Below are positions 39,306 through 50,681 of a DNA stretch of 64,000 bases, one piece after another. The DNA lies in the NCBI GenBank assembly GCA_030770535.1, contig JASVEC010000010.1, positions 868,001-932,000 of the forward strand. Reading direction: 5' to 3'. Under the pieces are notes generated by a model, which did no database searches, had not been told where the DNA came from, and saw only the letters and a program-made list of their open reading frames with translations. This DNA comes from Batkoa obscura (Eukaryota). Within the stretch, counting starts at the first letter, position 1. Every line of letters starts with the position of its first letter. Position numbers and translations under genes: made by a program.

Positions 39306-41126
39306 ATGGCAATACGAGCACGTAACAAAAAAAAGAGTAATTTAGGAGACAGTGTCCATGACAGTACCAATGATTCTATTGAAGTTAGTGAGCTTGATAT
39401 AAGCAAAAAAGTGATTGTAGGTTGTCCAGGAGATGCTTTTTCCTTTATTGAATTATTATGTTTCACAATGATTTTACCTTTATTCACTACTTACATTGGT
39501 TCTTCGATTTATCTTTATTCACCAAAATTAATTGAACCATACCATGGCAATTTCTTTCCTTACTATTTTTATAACTTAAGTGTTGGTATAATAATATTAT
39601 TAGGTATATTATTAGGTATAATTTATGAAGCTAAATTCTTATTTCATTTACCTGCTAATATTGGAAGAATTGGTTTAGCATTAGTTTTATCACCCATTTA
39701 TACGGACTTAATAGCTAGACAATCTATGATTTTAGGGCCTTATTTAAGTGTTCAATTATCTTACTTATTACCAGTATATATACCTTTATTATGTTGTTCA
39801 TGGATTAATAGTAGTTTATTTTTAAAAAATTGTACTTTTTTTAAAAATGCAGATACTTTAAATCATTCTATTACTTTATTTGTAATTCATATGGCTACTT
39901 TAATTATGGGATTAAGTTTATTAACTACATTTCCATTGATCTATTCATTTACTAATTTAACATGTTATGGTTTGTTAATTAATGGTCTTATTTCAGCTTT
40001 GATTTTATATCTTCTCAATCTCACTTTACTTCAGAACTTAAGACCTACAACTTATGATAAAGTATTAGTACCAACAGTTATTATTTGTATTTTATTAGCT
40101 ACAATATCAAGACATGCTCAATGTTCCAGTGGATTATCGGAAAAACATTTAGATATAAATAAACCAATGGTAAATGGATTTATACCTTTAGCACGTACCG
40201 AGTCAATTACTGGATGGATTACAGTAGATGAAGAAAAAGCAAGAGAAATACGCGTATTACGTAGTGGTCATTCAATTATTGGTGGTATTTATCCTAATTA
40301 TCAAGAAAGTATATTTGGCACTTTTTATTATATGGAAACAATTAAATTTTTATTACCTTATAAATCTACAGAAGAAAGAGGTAATGTATTACAAATCGGA
40401 TTAGGTATTGGTGTATCAGCAAAGGATTTAATTGAGGATGATTATAAAGTAGACATAATTGAAATTGATCCCATAGTTTATAATTACTCAAGAACTTATT
40501 TTGAATTACCAGAACCTAATAAAGTATATTTAGAAGATGGTAGAACAGTATTAGAAAATAAAATTAAAGGTTCCAGCTATGATTTTATATTACATGATGT
40601 ATTTACAGGTGGTACAGTACCCTCTACCTTATTTTCAATTGAAGCATTACAGTTATGTAAATACGCTATGAAACCAGATGGTGTATTAGTACTCAATTTT
40701 GTTGGCGGTATTCTCGGTCCTTATAATATGGCTTTTGAAATGGTAGCTACTACATTAAGAGCTGTATTTCCTTATATGAGATTATTTACGGAAGATTTTA
40801 AAGATAATGAAGAAGAAGTAGTTTCTAATTTGATTAATTTAGTCTTCTTTGTTTCTGACAAACCAATTGAATTTGATTTACCACCTATTAGTCCAACCTA
40901 TAGATCTATTAAAGAACATGCTATTACTCATATGGAAAAATATGAAGTTAAGTTGGAAAAATACTTACCTCAATTAACTAAAGATTTGGAGTTAATTGAT
41001 AAATATCATAGTATGGTAGTTACTGATAAAGATAACAAATTAAATCAAGTTCAACATCATTCAGCTTATGAACATTGGTATAAAATGAAAGAGTTATTTC
41101 CATTAGAATATTGGGTGAAATATTAA
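39306..41126 (+). CDS. Membrane-fused spermidine-synthase-like SAM-dependent methyltransferase
   Basis: Multi-TM N-terminal half, then ESITGWITV, LRSGHSIIGG, VLQIGLGIG, IEIDP, YDFILHDVFTGG. Confidence 0.75.
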   Translation: MAIRARNKKKSNLGDSVHDSTNDSIEVSELDISKKVIVGCPGDAFSFIELLCFTMILPLFTTYIGSSIYLYSPKLIEPYHGNFFPYYFYNLSVGIIILLGILLGIIYEAKFLFHLPANIGRIGLALVLSPIYTDLIARQSMILGPYLSVQLSYLLPVYIPLLCCSWINSSLFLKNCTFFKNADTLNHSITLFVIHMATLIMGLSLLTTFPLIYSFTNLTCYGLLINGLISALILYLLNLTLLQNLRPTTYDKVLVPTVIICILLATISRHAQCSSGLSEKHLDINKPMVNGFIPLARTESITGWITVDEEKAREIRVLRSGHSIIGGIYPNYQESIFGTFYYMETIKFLLPYKSTEERGNVLQIGLGIGVSAKDLIEDDYKVDIIEIDPIVYNYSRTYFELPEPNKVYLEDGRTVLENKIKGSSYDFILHDVFTGGTVPSTLFSIEALQLCKYAMKPDGVLVLNFVGGILGPYNMAFEMVATTLRAVFPYMRLFTEDFKDNEEEVVSNLINLVFFVSDKPIEFDLPPISPTYRSIKEHAITHMEKYEVKLEKYLPQLTKDLELIDKYHSMVVTDKDNKLNQVQHHSAYEHWYKMKELFPLEYWVKY

Positions 41127-41307
41127 ATCAATTTCAAATATATGAAAATATTCAAATCATATAATAGCAGAAAGTTTTAAGAAAGTTTCAAAAATCAATT
41201 GCTCATTTTCTTGTTACTTTTTAATAAAAATAAACTTTATTTTTTAATTACTTTTTAGCTGATTCTTTTGATTTTATTTGACTTTTCTATTTTTTATAAG
41301 TTTAAAA

Positions 41308-42948
41308 ATGAACTATCAAGATAGTAGTACTTCCTCTGATGATGATAACAATTTCAAGATCAAACAATTAGAAAAAAGGGAATTGAAATTAATAAGTAGG
41401 ATTAATGAAATAGAGGGTCGAATATTAAAAATTGAAACACAGAATGAAAAAAAGAGTGAAACTAAGGATATAGAATTAGATACTGAGGTATCTTTGAATT
41501 ATGGTAATTATTTTATATTAAAATTGAACTTAAATAAAAGAAAAAAGAAAAGAAGAAGAAAAAAAGAAAATGTAGCAAATAAACTATAACAATTAATTTT
41601 TATAGATGATATTGATTGGAAACAATATGAAGCACCTCAATGGTGTGTCCCAATTAAAGCTAATGTATTAGAATTTGAATGGAAAGTAAGCAAACATTTC
41701 ACTAGAAACTTTCAATTCATTTTATTAATTTATTTTTATCAATTATTTTCATTTATTGAATTCTTAATTAGTTACTTTCTAATTACTGTAAATTTGATGT
41801 TATATTAATGGATCCACCTTGGCAATTAGCTACTCATGCACCTACTCGAGGGGTAAGAGTTTAACTAATTATTTTCATTATAAAAAAGAAGACAAAAAAA
41901 ATATAGTCGATTCTTTTAATTAACTAATTTACAAATATCTTAATTATTCTTCATTTAATTTGATTTCAAATTAAAAATATCAAATTTACTTTTTTTAAAG
42001 GTAGCTATAGGATATCAACAATTACCAGATACATTAATAGAGTCTTTACCAATTAACGATTTACAAGATAATGGGTTTATATTTATTTGGGTTATTAATA
42101 ATAAGTATGTTAAAGCATTTGAATTAATGAAACAATGGGGTTATGAGTAAGTTTTTAGTAATATAGAAATAATATATTATAATAATATAAATAACAACAT
42201 ATTAATAATAAGCGACTAATAGTTTATTATTATGATTTTGTTTCAATCCAAATTATTCAATTCTTTCTATTATTTTGTTTGAATTTTAATATGAATTTTA
42301 TTAGATATGTTGATGATATTACTTGGGTAAAACAAACAGTAAATCGTAGGATGGCCAAAGGTCATGGCTTTTATTTACAACATGCAAAAGAAACTTGTTT
42401 AGTTGGAAAAAAGGTAAATAGAATAAAAATTATGAATATAGAATATGATTCTAATATCAAATTAATATATAACAACAATTTAATAACAAGTTATATAGAA
42501 TCTATTCTATATGATAATGTGATGACGATATCGGATGATGATAATAATATTGATTCTATTTTAGGGAAAAGATCCACCACAATGTAAACGGTTAATCGGT
42601 AGTGATGTGATTTATTCCGAAAGAAGGGGTCAAAGTCAAAAACCTATTCAACTATATGAAATGATTGAAGAATTAGTACCTAATGGTAAGTAATAATAAC
42701 AAATAATAATAATACATTATTAATATAGGTTGATATATGGGGCTGTTTTTTTTGGTTTCATTATTTTTCCATTTTTTAAGCACTATTTGAGTGGAAAATT
42801 TGTTAAATTCTGAAATATATAAATACATCCCCATATATTGTTTTTATGATAATGTTAGATTAATTTGATTTTAGGTAAATATTTAGAAATCTTTGGAAGA
42901 AAAAATAATTTAAGAGATTATTGGGTTACTATTGGTAATGAACTTTAA
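41308..42948 (+). CDS. MTA1: MT-A70 family adenine methyltransferase, MTA1/AMT1 (DNA 6mA) clade; 7 exons
   Basis: Spliced: DVILMDPPWQLATHAPTRGVAIGYQQL..GFIFIWVINNKY..WGYEYVDDITWVKQT..MAKGHGFYLQHAKETCLVGKK..SDVIYSERRGQSQKP..YLEIFGRKNNLRDYWVTIGNEL*. Confidence 0.85.
42736..42835. mobile_element. MITE family A copy within the last intron of the MT-A70 gene
   Basis: TA-TATGGGGCTGT...ACATCCCCATA-TA inside intron 42686-42874. Confidence 0.85.
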
Positions 42949-43054
42949 TAACAATAATAAAATAAAATATATACATATATATAACACAAATAAACAATAA
43001 ACATTTTAAAATATATAAATAAAATTAACACTTATTCATTTATTTCATTTCAAT

Positions 43055-45186
43055 TTATAATTTAGCTTTAGTATTTTGAATACTAAATTCCCCTTTAAAA
43101 TCTTTTTCATTATAAATTTCCCAATCTTGTGCAATTGGTGAAAGAATTAATCCATCAGGAATACCAAAACCTTCAATATAAGTTAACGCTTGTTTAGATA
43201 CAAGTTCCACTTGTTGATTTAAGAGACTAGATAATTGTCTAGCTTGATTTGGATGAATAAATTCATGACTCATTAAATAAGTTAAATCCGATTCTAAAGT
43301 AGATAATATGTAGACTTTACATAATTCTTTTAAGGCAAGTCTAAATAAATTAAATTAGTATCTATAACAACATAACAAAATATTCCGATTTTACCTAGTT
43401 TCTTTAGATACACTTTGATCTTCAATAGTACGAATAAATTCTAATAAACTAAAGTATTCTCCATAAGCTTTAGATAAATTTTGAATTAAATCTGATTCTT
43501 CTTTCATCCAAATTTGGAAGATATCTTTACCCTCTTTTCTCTTTGTACAGTGATTTCGCCAAGCTAATTTAAAAAAAATCAGTATTACTTCCATAACTCT
43601 TTTCTTATATTCAAAGAACTTACTTGTTTAGCTCTATTAGCAAATCTCAAATTCATAAAATCGACCAAATCTTCCAATTTATCTACTTTCCAATTTTGTG
43701 GATTGGATTTATTATTAAACGGAGTAAATTGGAATTTCTTTTGTTTAATATCTTCAATCAATTCTTTAGCTGTCTTTTGCATTAAAACTGCATTATCACC
43801 TTCCGCAGTGATACCAGCATGAGAAAATCCAATAATGGATGCAAATGTAGAATGTTGTAAATAACCTTGACCACCACATCTTTCTCTACAAATAGAACCA
43901 CAGCGTTCTGCATTCCAAGTCACTAAAGGTTTAATAGCACAACATAAGCGTATGATCTCGGAATAAGGACGCCCTTCTGGCTTAACCCATACTTTTTTAG
44001 CATGATTTAAACCAAATTGTAATGCATATGTACGGGCTAATAATGGAATTAAAGCTTTTTGTTGAAGTTGAAATTCAAGGATTGGGGTATCTGATTTTCC
44101 TGAACGACCAGCAGCCAAACGGGTAGCAGCATAACGTAATGCAATAGTTAAAGCCAATTTAGCGCCCGAAGAATTCATAGAAGCAATACATAGACGACCA
44201 GTTAAAAGTTGATCAGCTACTTTAATAAATCGATTTCTACGACCTGCAATTTCCGAAGTATAAATACCATCAGCAGAAACATCGGAATATTTATTTAGTA
44301 AATTAATTCTTGGTATACGAACATGATCAAATTTTAATAAAGCATTATCTACTCCATCTAAATCTAATTTATTACCCATTTCACGAATAGTTACTCCAGG
44401 ACAAACTTCATTATTGGGACCATCTCTAATTTTGACAATAAAGCAATGAATCCCTTCTTGTTTTCCTTTAACTTCAAGTTGAGCAAATACAATGGCATAT
44501 TTAGCATGTTTAGCCCCATTAGTAATCCAAAATTTTTGACTTTTAGTGGAGGGACTATGAATTATAAATTCTTGTGTTTTTTCATCGTAAACTGAGGTGG
44601 TTTCCATTTCAATAGCATTATTACCATACCCTAATTCAGTTAATGCAAAACATCCAGTCGCATCCATATTGTTCACTTCTTTTAATATATCAGCATGACG
44701 TTCAGTACCTAATTTTACTAAGGTGCCACCAAACTAAAAAAAGTTTAAATATTATAAAAGATAAAATAAAGTATATAAAACTTACAAGATTATAATGAAC
44801 GGTAAGTTTAGTAGTTGAAGAACCGTTAACTAAACCAGCGGTTTCATGAACTAAAATCAAAGATTGATTAATCAAATTAATCATTTATCACAATTAGTTA
44901 ACTTACTAGCTAATACATTCAATGGATTTTCGATAAAATCAGTCACTTTAATAAATTTATTTTTACCAATTGCTTTTAATTGTTCAAAAGCTTGTTCCTG
45001 TTTTTCATGTTGTAAGCAATTGAATTTAGGAGCAAACAAATGAATATTTTCTTGCATAAAAGCTTTTAATCGTAGTCGATTTTCACGGTTATCAAAATCT
45101 AAAATTTCATTGATTTCTTGGGCATTGAAGCCAGCAGCATCAAATCGTGGTCGATTGTTGATAAAAGCAGATGAGGACGGATACAT
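43055..45186 (-). CDS. Peroxisomal acyl-CoA oxidase (multi-exon)
   Basis: [54 protein letters not shown]-terminal PTS1 AKL. Confidence 0.9.
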
Positions 45187-46133
45187 TTTTTGTAAATTTA
45201 AAATTTTAGATGTTTGGCTTTTAAAACCCCTTTTATACTTTTAAATAGCTCTTTTTTTCACACCAACTTTTAAAACGTGACTGGAATTTATAGGTGGTTT
45301 TATTTGCCATAATATTTAGTTGACGTATTTTAAAGGGTCAATTAATTAGATATTTTGAATTTTGAATTAGAATGTATGAATGTTTATTACTATATATTGT
45401 AATAAAATTGATAATAACAAATAATATTATATTATTTATTATCAATAATTGATAGTATATTTTAACTTCAATTACCTCATTGGTTTAAATTTTGTTTTTT
45501 TTGTATAAATAAAACTTCTTTTTAACCCCAATTTTTTGCCCAAAATTTAGTTCAATTAGACTTTTGGAATTAAAATTCACATGGATTTTCATTCTTTTTT
45601 AAAAGAATCGAAATTCAAATAAACTTTAATTCTTGAATACGTCAAGTAAAGACAATGACTTCTGACAGTAATACTTATACCGTTTTAATAGTTATGGTGC
45701 TATCTAAAGCCCGTTAGATCTTGAAAATTCATTCAAAAGATTAATTAATGGCTTAAGTTCTTATTATGAATTTTCAAATATTTTTTAGTTGAGCTTTTTT
45801 GACAGATTAATTATTTTTTTGAAATTCAAACTTAACCGCTTATTTTTAAAGAATTCATTTCATGTTAATTGCAGTCACACACTAAATCAATTGAATTTAA
45901 TACCGAATAAATCAATAATATTTAACATGCTAGAGCTGGTTTTTACTAGTAAAATAATTTACACCAAATAATATTAAATTCAACAATCTTTTTTACATAA
46001 ATAAGTTATTCCACTATATTGCTTAATACTTGAATTGATTTCTTTGTTTTTTTAATATAGTAAATCTCATTCAATTTTCTCATTGTCTAAGTACTACAAT
46101 GAATAGCCAGATTTCTCTATTACTTAATTACAA

Positions 46134-46237
46134 TATGAGGATGTTTTTTTGGCTTCATTACTTTTTCCATCTTTTAAGCACTACTTGAGTGGAAAATTTG
46201 TTAGTGGAATTCTTGAATACAAAAATACATCCTCATA
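46134..46237. mobile_element. MITE family A copy
   Basis: TATGAGGATGT...ACATCCTCATA (both TIRs carry the complementary GAGG/CCTC variant). Confidence 0.85.
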
Positions 46238-46826
46238 TAGATTCTTAAAAAATTGTTTTACAGCATTGTTTTTTTGTAAACACTATCTTTAACATTGAAA
46301 AGAGAATTATTGGCTACTTTTGAGTCAATAGAAATAAGTGTGGAAGACATTTCAATTCTATATTGTAAACAGTAGTTGCTGAAACTTATTTAAAAACATA
46401 GCTGTGCAATTATTTTAGTGATGTTATTTAAACTATTAAAAAAAAGTAATTTTTCATAAAGTATTATTTAAAGTTGATTTTATTCTATCAATGAGTTTGA
46501 CTCAATTTATTCCTATAAAAGTAGTTTAAACTATGGTTGAAAGTCCTCTTCATTTTTCTTTAGACAACTCTTGTTAGTTTTTTCTTTATTCATTTTAATA
46601 GAAAATAGACATCCTCAACATTGAATTGTTAAAAGTAATACTGAAATCTTGATTAAATTGAACCTATTTTTAATCTAACTGAAAAATAAATGAAATCTTT
46701 ATTTTAAAATTTGAAAACATTAAATGAAATAAAATAGAATAATATTGTAAAATTTACGATATTCAAAAAATTAAATTCTTTTTTAATAAATTCTCAATTG
46801 TATTAAATATTAGATTTATTTTACTA

Positions 46827-46927
46827 TATGGGGATGTTTTTTTTGGTTTCATTGCTTTTTCCTCTTAAGCGCTATTTGAGCAGAAAGATTATAGCAAAAT
46901 TCTTAAACAAAAAAATACATCCCCATA
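46827..46927. mobile_element. MITE family A copy
   Basis: TA-TATGGGGATGT...ACATCCCCATA-TA. Confidence 0.85.
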
Positions 46928-47369
46928 TATTAAAAATAATTATGAAATGAATTTTTGTATTCAAACATAAAAAGCTATTTGAGTTTGACTAGTGTTTATT
47001 TTGTTTAAAAATAATGATATTAAAACAATGATATAATAAACTACTATTGATTGTGATATAATTCAGATCTTAAAACTAATTACGAAAAAGTAAGTAAAGT
47101 AATTGAGACTAAAAAACTTTATGATTTATCTAATAAAAAAACTTCCCTCTAAAAACAGTAACGATAAATTAAAATATCAAAATTTTACGTTGCAGTTTAA
47201 AATGGCGCTTTTACTAAAAAAAATTCAAAAAAGTAGTCAATTTCGATCTACGTCTAACTGTTAAATTTCCGAAATTTTAAAAAAACTCAAAGTAAACCAA
47301 TTCATAGACCTATCCTTTATCTTTCTTGTAAATAATCTTTATCTTTTATTTATTCATACTTTAATTAAT

Positions 47370-48646
47370 ATGTTAAAATACTATTTCTTAATTCCGATAT
47401 TCATATTAGCCACTTCCGCTCATATGGAAATGCGCTTACCCCCACCTAGAAGATCAAAATACAACAGTGATTATCAAGCATTGGGAGATATCGATAATGA
47501 TATGCCTGCACCTTTGGGTGATGATGTAAGTTTAATTGTTATTTATATCTACAAACTCAATAACCTTTCATTTAGTTCCCATTCCCATGTCGAGCCACAA
47601 AGCCCGGCCCAGTATATAAAAAATACAAAGCAGGTGAAATGATGGACATCACTTTAGGAGGTAATGCCCCTCACAATGGCGGGCATTGTCAATTTGCTCT
47701 AAGTTATGATGGAGGAGAAAAATGGATAGTTATACATACTATAGTAAGGAATTGTATGCCCTCAAAAACAGGGCCAATAGAATTTAAATATCAAGTTCAG
47801 TTACCACCTGAAGCACCACCTAGTGATAGCGTAGTATTTTCTTGGAATTGGATCAATGCTAGTGGTGAAAGAGAATTTTATCAAAATTGTATTGATATAG
47901 CGATTGAAGGGGATCCCACTAGTAAAGGAGTAAAAGGCAAAGAATTATTAGTGGTTAATTTACCTGGTTTTCCTACCATTGAAGAATTTGGTCGTCCTGG
48001 TTCTTATGATGGTCATAAATTATTGGATTCTAGAAAAAATATTACAATGGCTAAAGATGGTAGTATTACTCCTACTACAGAAGATAATAAGCCCCCTCCA
48101 CCTCCGCCAGCTGCTGCTTCCACTACTCAAGCCCCACCACCTCCTCCTACAACTGCTGCTTCTTCAAAACCTCCTGCTGTATCCGTTTCAATTATTACAG
48201 TTACTACTACTATTGTTGTTACTGTTAATGCTAAAACCACACCAACAGCAGGTTATGGAATAGATATGTCTAATCAGCAAGACGAAAGTCTAAGTAAGCC
48301 GGTGCAGGAAATTATTAGAAATGAAGTGAGTGGAGAATCAATCCCAAGTTTTAGTCAAAAACAAGAGGAAGCTAATAATATGGGGATTACGAACCATAAC
48401 AATAATGTGAATGATAGTATGAATATGAACAATAGTATGAATGAAAATAATAGCAATAACATGAATAGTAATAGTGATAGTAATAATAATGGGATATTAA
48501 TAATGAGCCCAGAAATTGAAGTGAAAAAACAAGTAGAAAAAGAACTAAGCAAAAATGAAGGAAGTGGATTAGTTCGATTAAATAATAGTGTACTAAAAGG
48601 TAGTATCAAGAATTCGACTTGGTATAATAATTTTACACAAATTTAA
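47370..48646 (+). CDS. Secreted AA11-like lytic polysaccharide monooxygenase with Pro/Thr linker (one intron ~47527-47575)
   Basis: Signal peptide MLKYYFLIPIFILATSA followed by His (HMEMRLPPPR); FPC, GNAPHNGGHCQFALSYD, FSWNWINASGEREFYQNC. Confidence 0.8.
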
Positions 48647-48768
48647 ATAACTTTCATTAATAGCAACTTTTATTCATCAAATTAAATCTTAACTTTTTTT
48701 TATAAAAATTAATTTTTTAAATTTAAATTTTTAACTTTTTTAAATTTTATTACTTTTTAATATAAGCA

Positions 48769-49628
48769 ATGTTTCTCCTCTCCCGTCTAAAAGATACCAT
48801 ACAAATAGAACCTGTCAATCTAAATATTGATTTTAGTTTAGCTTTGATCAATGAAATTAATAAAAAATATTGCAACCGAGTAAATTTAATTTATAGTCAC
48901 ATAATCTCAACCAATTAAACTTCAAATTCAAGGTCATCCACAACGTCGGCCTTTGTATCACACTTTTTGATGTTATAGAACAACAGGATGCTTATTTATA
49001 TCATAGTGATGGCTGTTCTTATGTTAAAGGTAAGTAAATAGATTCTACTTTTTAATATAATAATTAACTAAACAAAAGAAAATTAAAAGTTGAGTTTCGA
49101 ATGATAGTATTCCGTCCTTTTATTGGGGAAGTAATCACTGGTAAAGTGAAGTCTATGTCAGATAAGGGTATAAAAAGTAACGAATTTATCATTTTTATTC
49201 TATATTTAGTTTAATTCAATTTTAATAGTAAGCCTTGGTTTCTTTGATGATATAGAAATTTTACCAAACTTATTACATGAAGGAACAAAATTGTAAGATT
49301 TTTAAATAGACTAAGTTTTAAATCGGTTAGTCTAACTTTACCATTTTATAGCCATACAGATACCCAAGTATATATATGGTGTAATGAACATGGAAATTAT
49401 GAGTGGGAGAAAGGTGAAGAGGTGAAGGTTAAAGTGGAAAAAGAAATATTTTTTGATGCTAAAAGTACGCCCAATCAACAGGAAAGTTTAGATGAATTTG
49501 TTAAATCTTCACCGTATCAATTAGTGGTAAGTTATTTATTTTCTCAAAGACGTTCTAGGTTTAAATTGAATCCTTTTTTTTAGTGCTCCGCTTTTGAAAG
49601 TGGCTATGGGCTCACTAGTTGGTGGTAA
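48769..49628 (+). CDS. RPC25: RNA polymerase III subunit RPC25/RPC8 (multi-exon; missed by the ORF track)
   Basis: Spliced MFLLSRLKDTIQIEP..EINKKYCNR/VIHNVGLCITLFD..VEFRMIVFRPFIGEVITGKV..SLGFFDDI..GYGLTSWW*. Confidence 0.9.
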
Positions 49629-50341
49629 ATTGATATTCAATATAGAATGTTATTATTATTATAGAAGCTTATTTTTTTGACGCTGTAAAGACTTTTAATG
49701 AGCATTTTTTGGCTTTTCCAAGATTGAATTTTATTCAAATAAAAATGTATTATTCTGCTATAAAGTCATTATTCTCAAACTACGTTTATTGAATAAAGGT
49801 AAATATGCAAATCCTTTTTCCTTTTATGTTTTAATCCTTTTTAAGTATAAATTTGAAAAATTAGGTGAAATTTTGAGCAAAAAAATACTAGTTTAAATCT
49901 TATATAAATCTTTAGATTTATTTTAATGAAATTGTAATTTTTTTGAACTGTTTATATCAAATTATTCAGACCCTAATCTAATATAATTAATCAGCTTTTA
50001 TAATTTTACAATTTTGTAATAATTTCCAACTTGTTCACAAATAAACATTTTTCATTAGATAAATATGAAGTTATAAATTTTTTACAATTTTTACTAAAGC
50101 TGAAATTATTTTTCTTTTAAGCTAACTTTTTGGTATTTTAAGCTCAAAATCAAGGAATTTTCTAATTGTAGCAACAGATGTTAATAAATTGATACTCCCA
50201 GAAGTTAAAATAAACATAGTTAAGAAATAAATTTGACGCTTACCTGATAATAAAGAAAGATTGAAAAGACTTAGTTAAATAAAACATGCCTTGTGATAAA
50301 GTTAATTTTATTTCAAATAAGCTTAATTTTGTACATTAACA

Positions 50342-50440
50342 TATGGGGATGTATTTTGGTGTTTAAGAATTTTACTAACAAATTTTCTGTTCAAATAGCG
50401 CCTAAAAGAAAAATAATGAAGCCAAAAAAATACCCTCATT
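50342..50440. mobile_element. MITE family A copy (reverse orientation)
   Basis: TATGGGGATGTA..TCAAATAGCGCCTAAAAG..TACCCTCA. Confidence 0.8.
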
Positions 50441-50681
50441 TATTGAAGATGTACAAGTACTCATTCTCATTATTTGGTAGTAAGATTTTGAAAAAGTCAT
50501 AACAAATCATTGTAATTAGTTAATTGTTTTATATTATATTGTTTTATAATTTTAATGAATCCAAAAAGTTTATATTTATTAGAATTTAATATTATATTCC
50601 TACTATTAATTAAAAAAAATTAAAAATTGCTGTTTAATATGAAAAATATTTAAAAAAGCTCTAGTTTATTAATTTAGCAAC

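Noticed and set aside
39306..42948. Two adjacent SAM-dependent methyltransferase genes as a pathway or fusion
   Set aside because: Unrelated families, separated by a stop codon and a distinct ATG; no evidence of functional linkage
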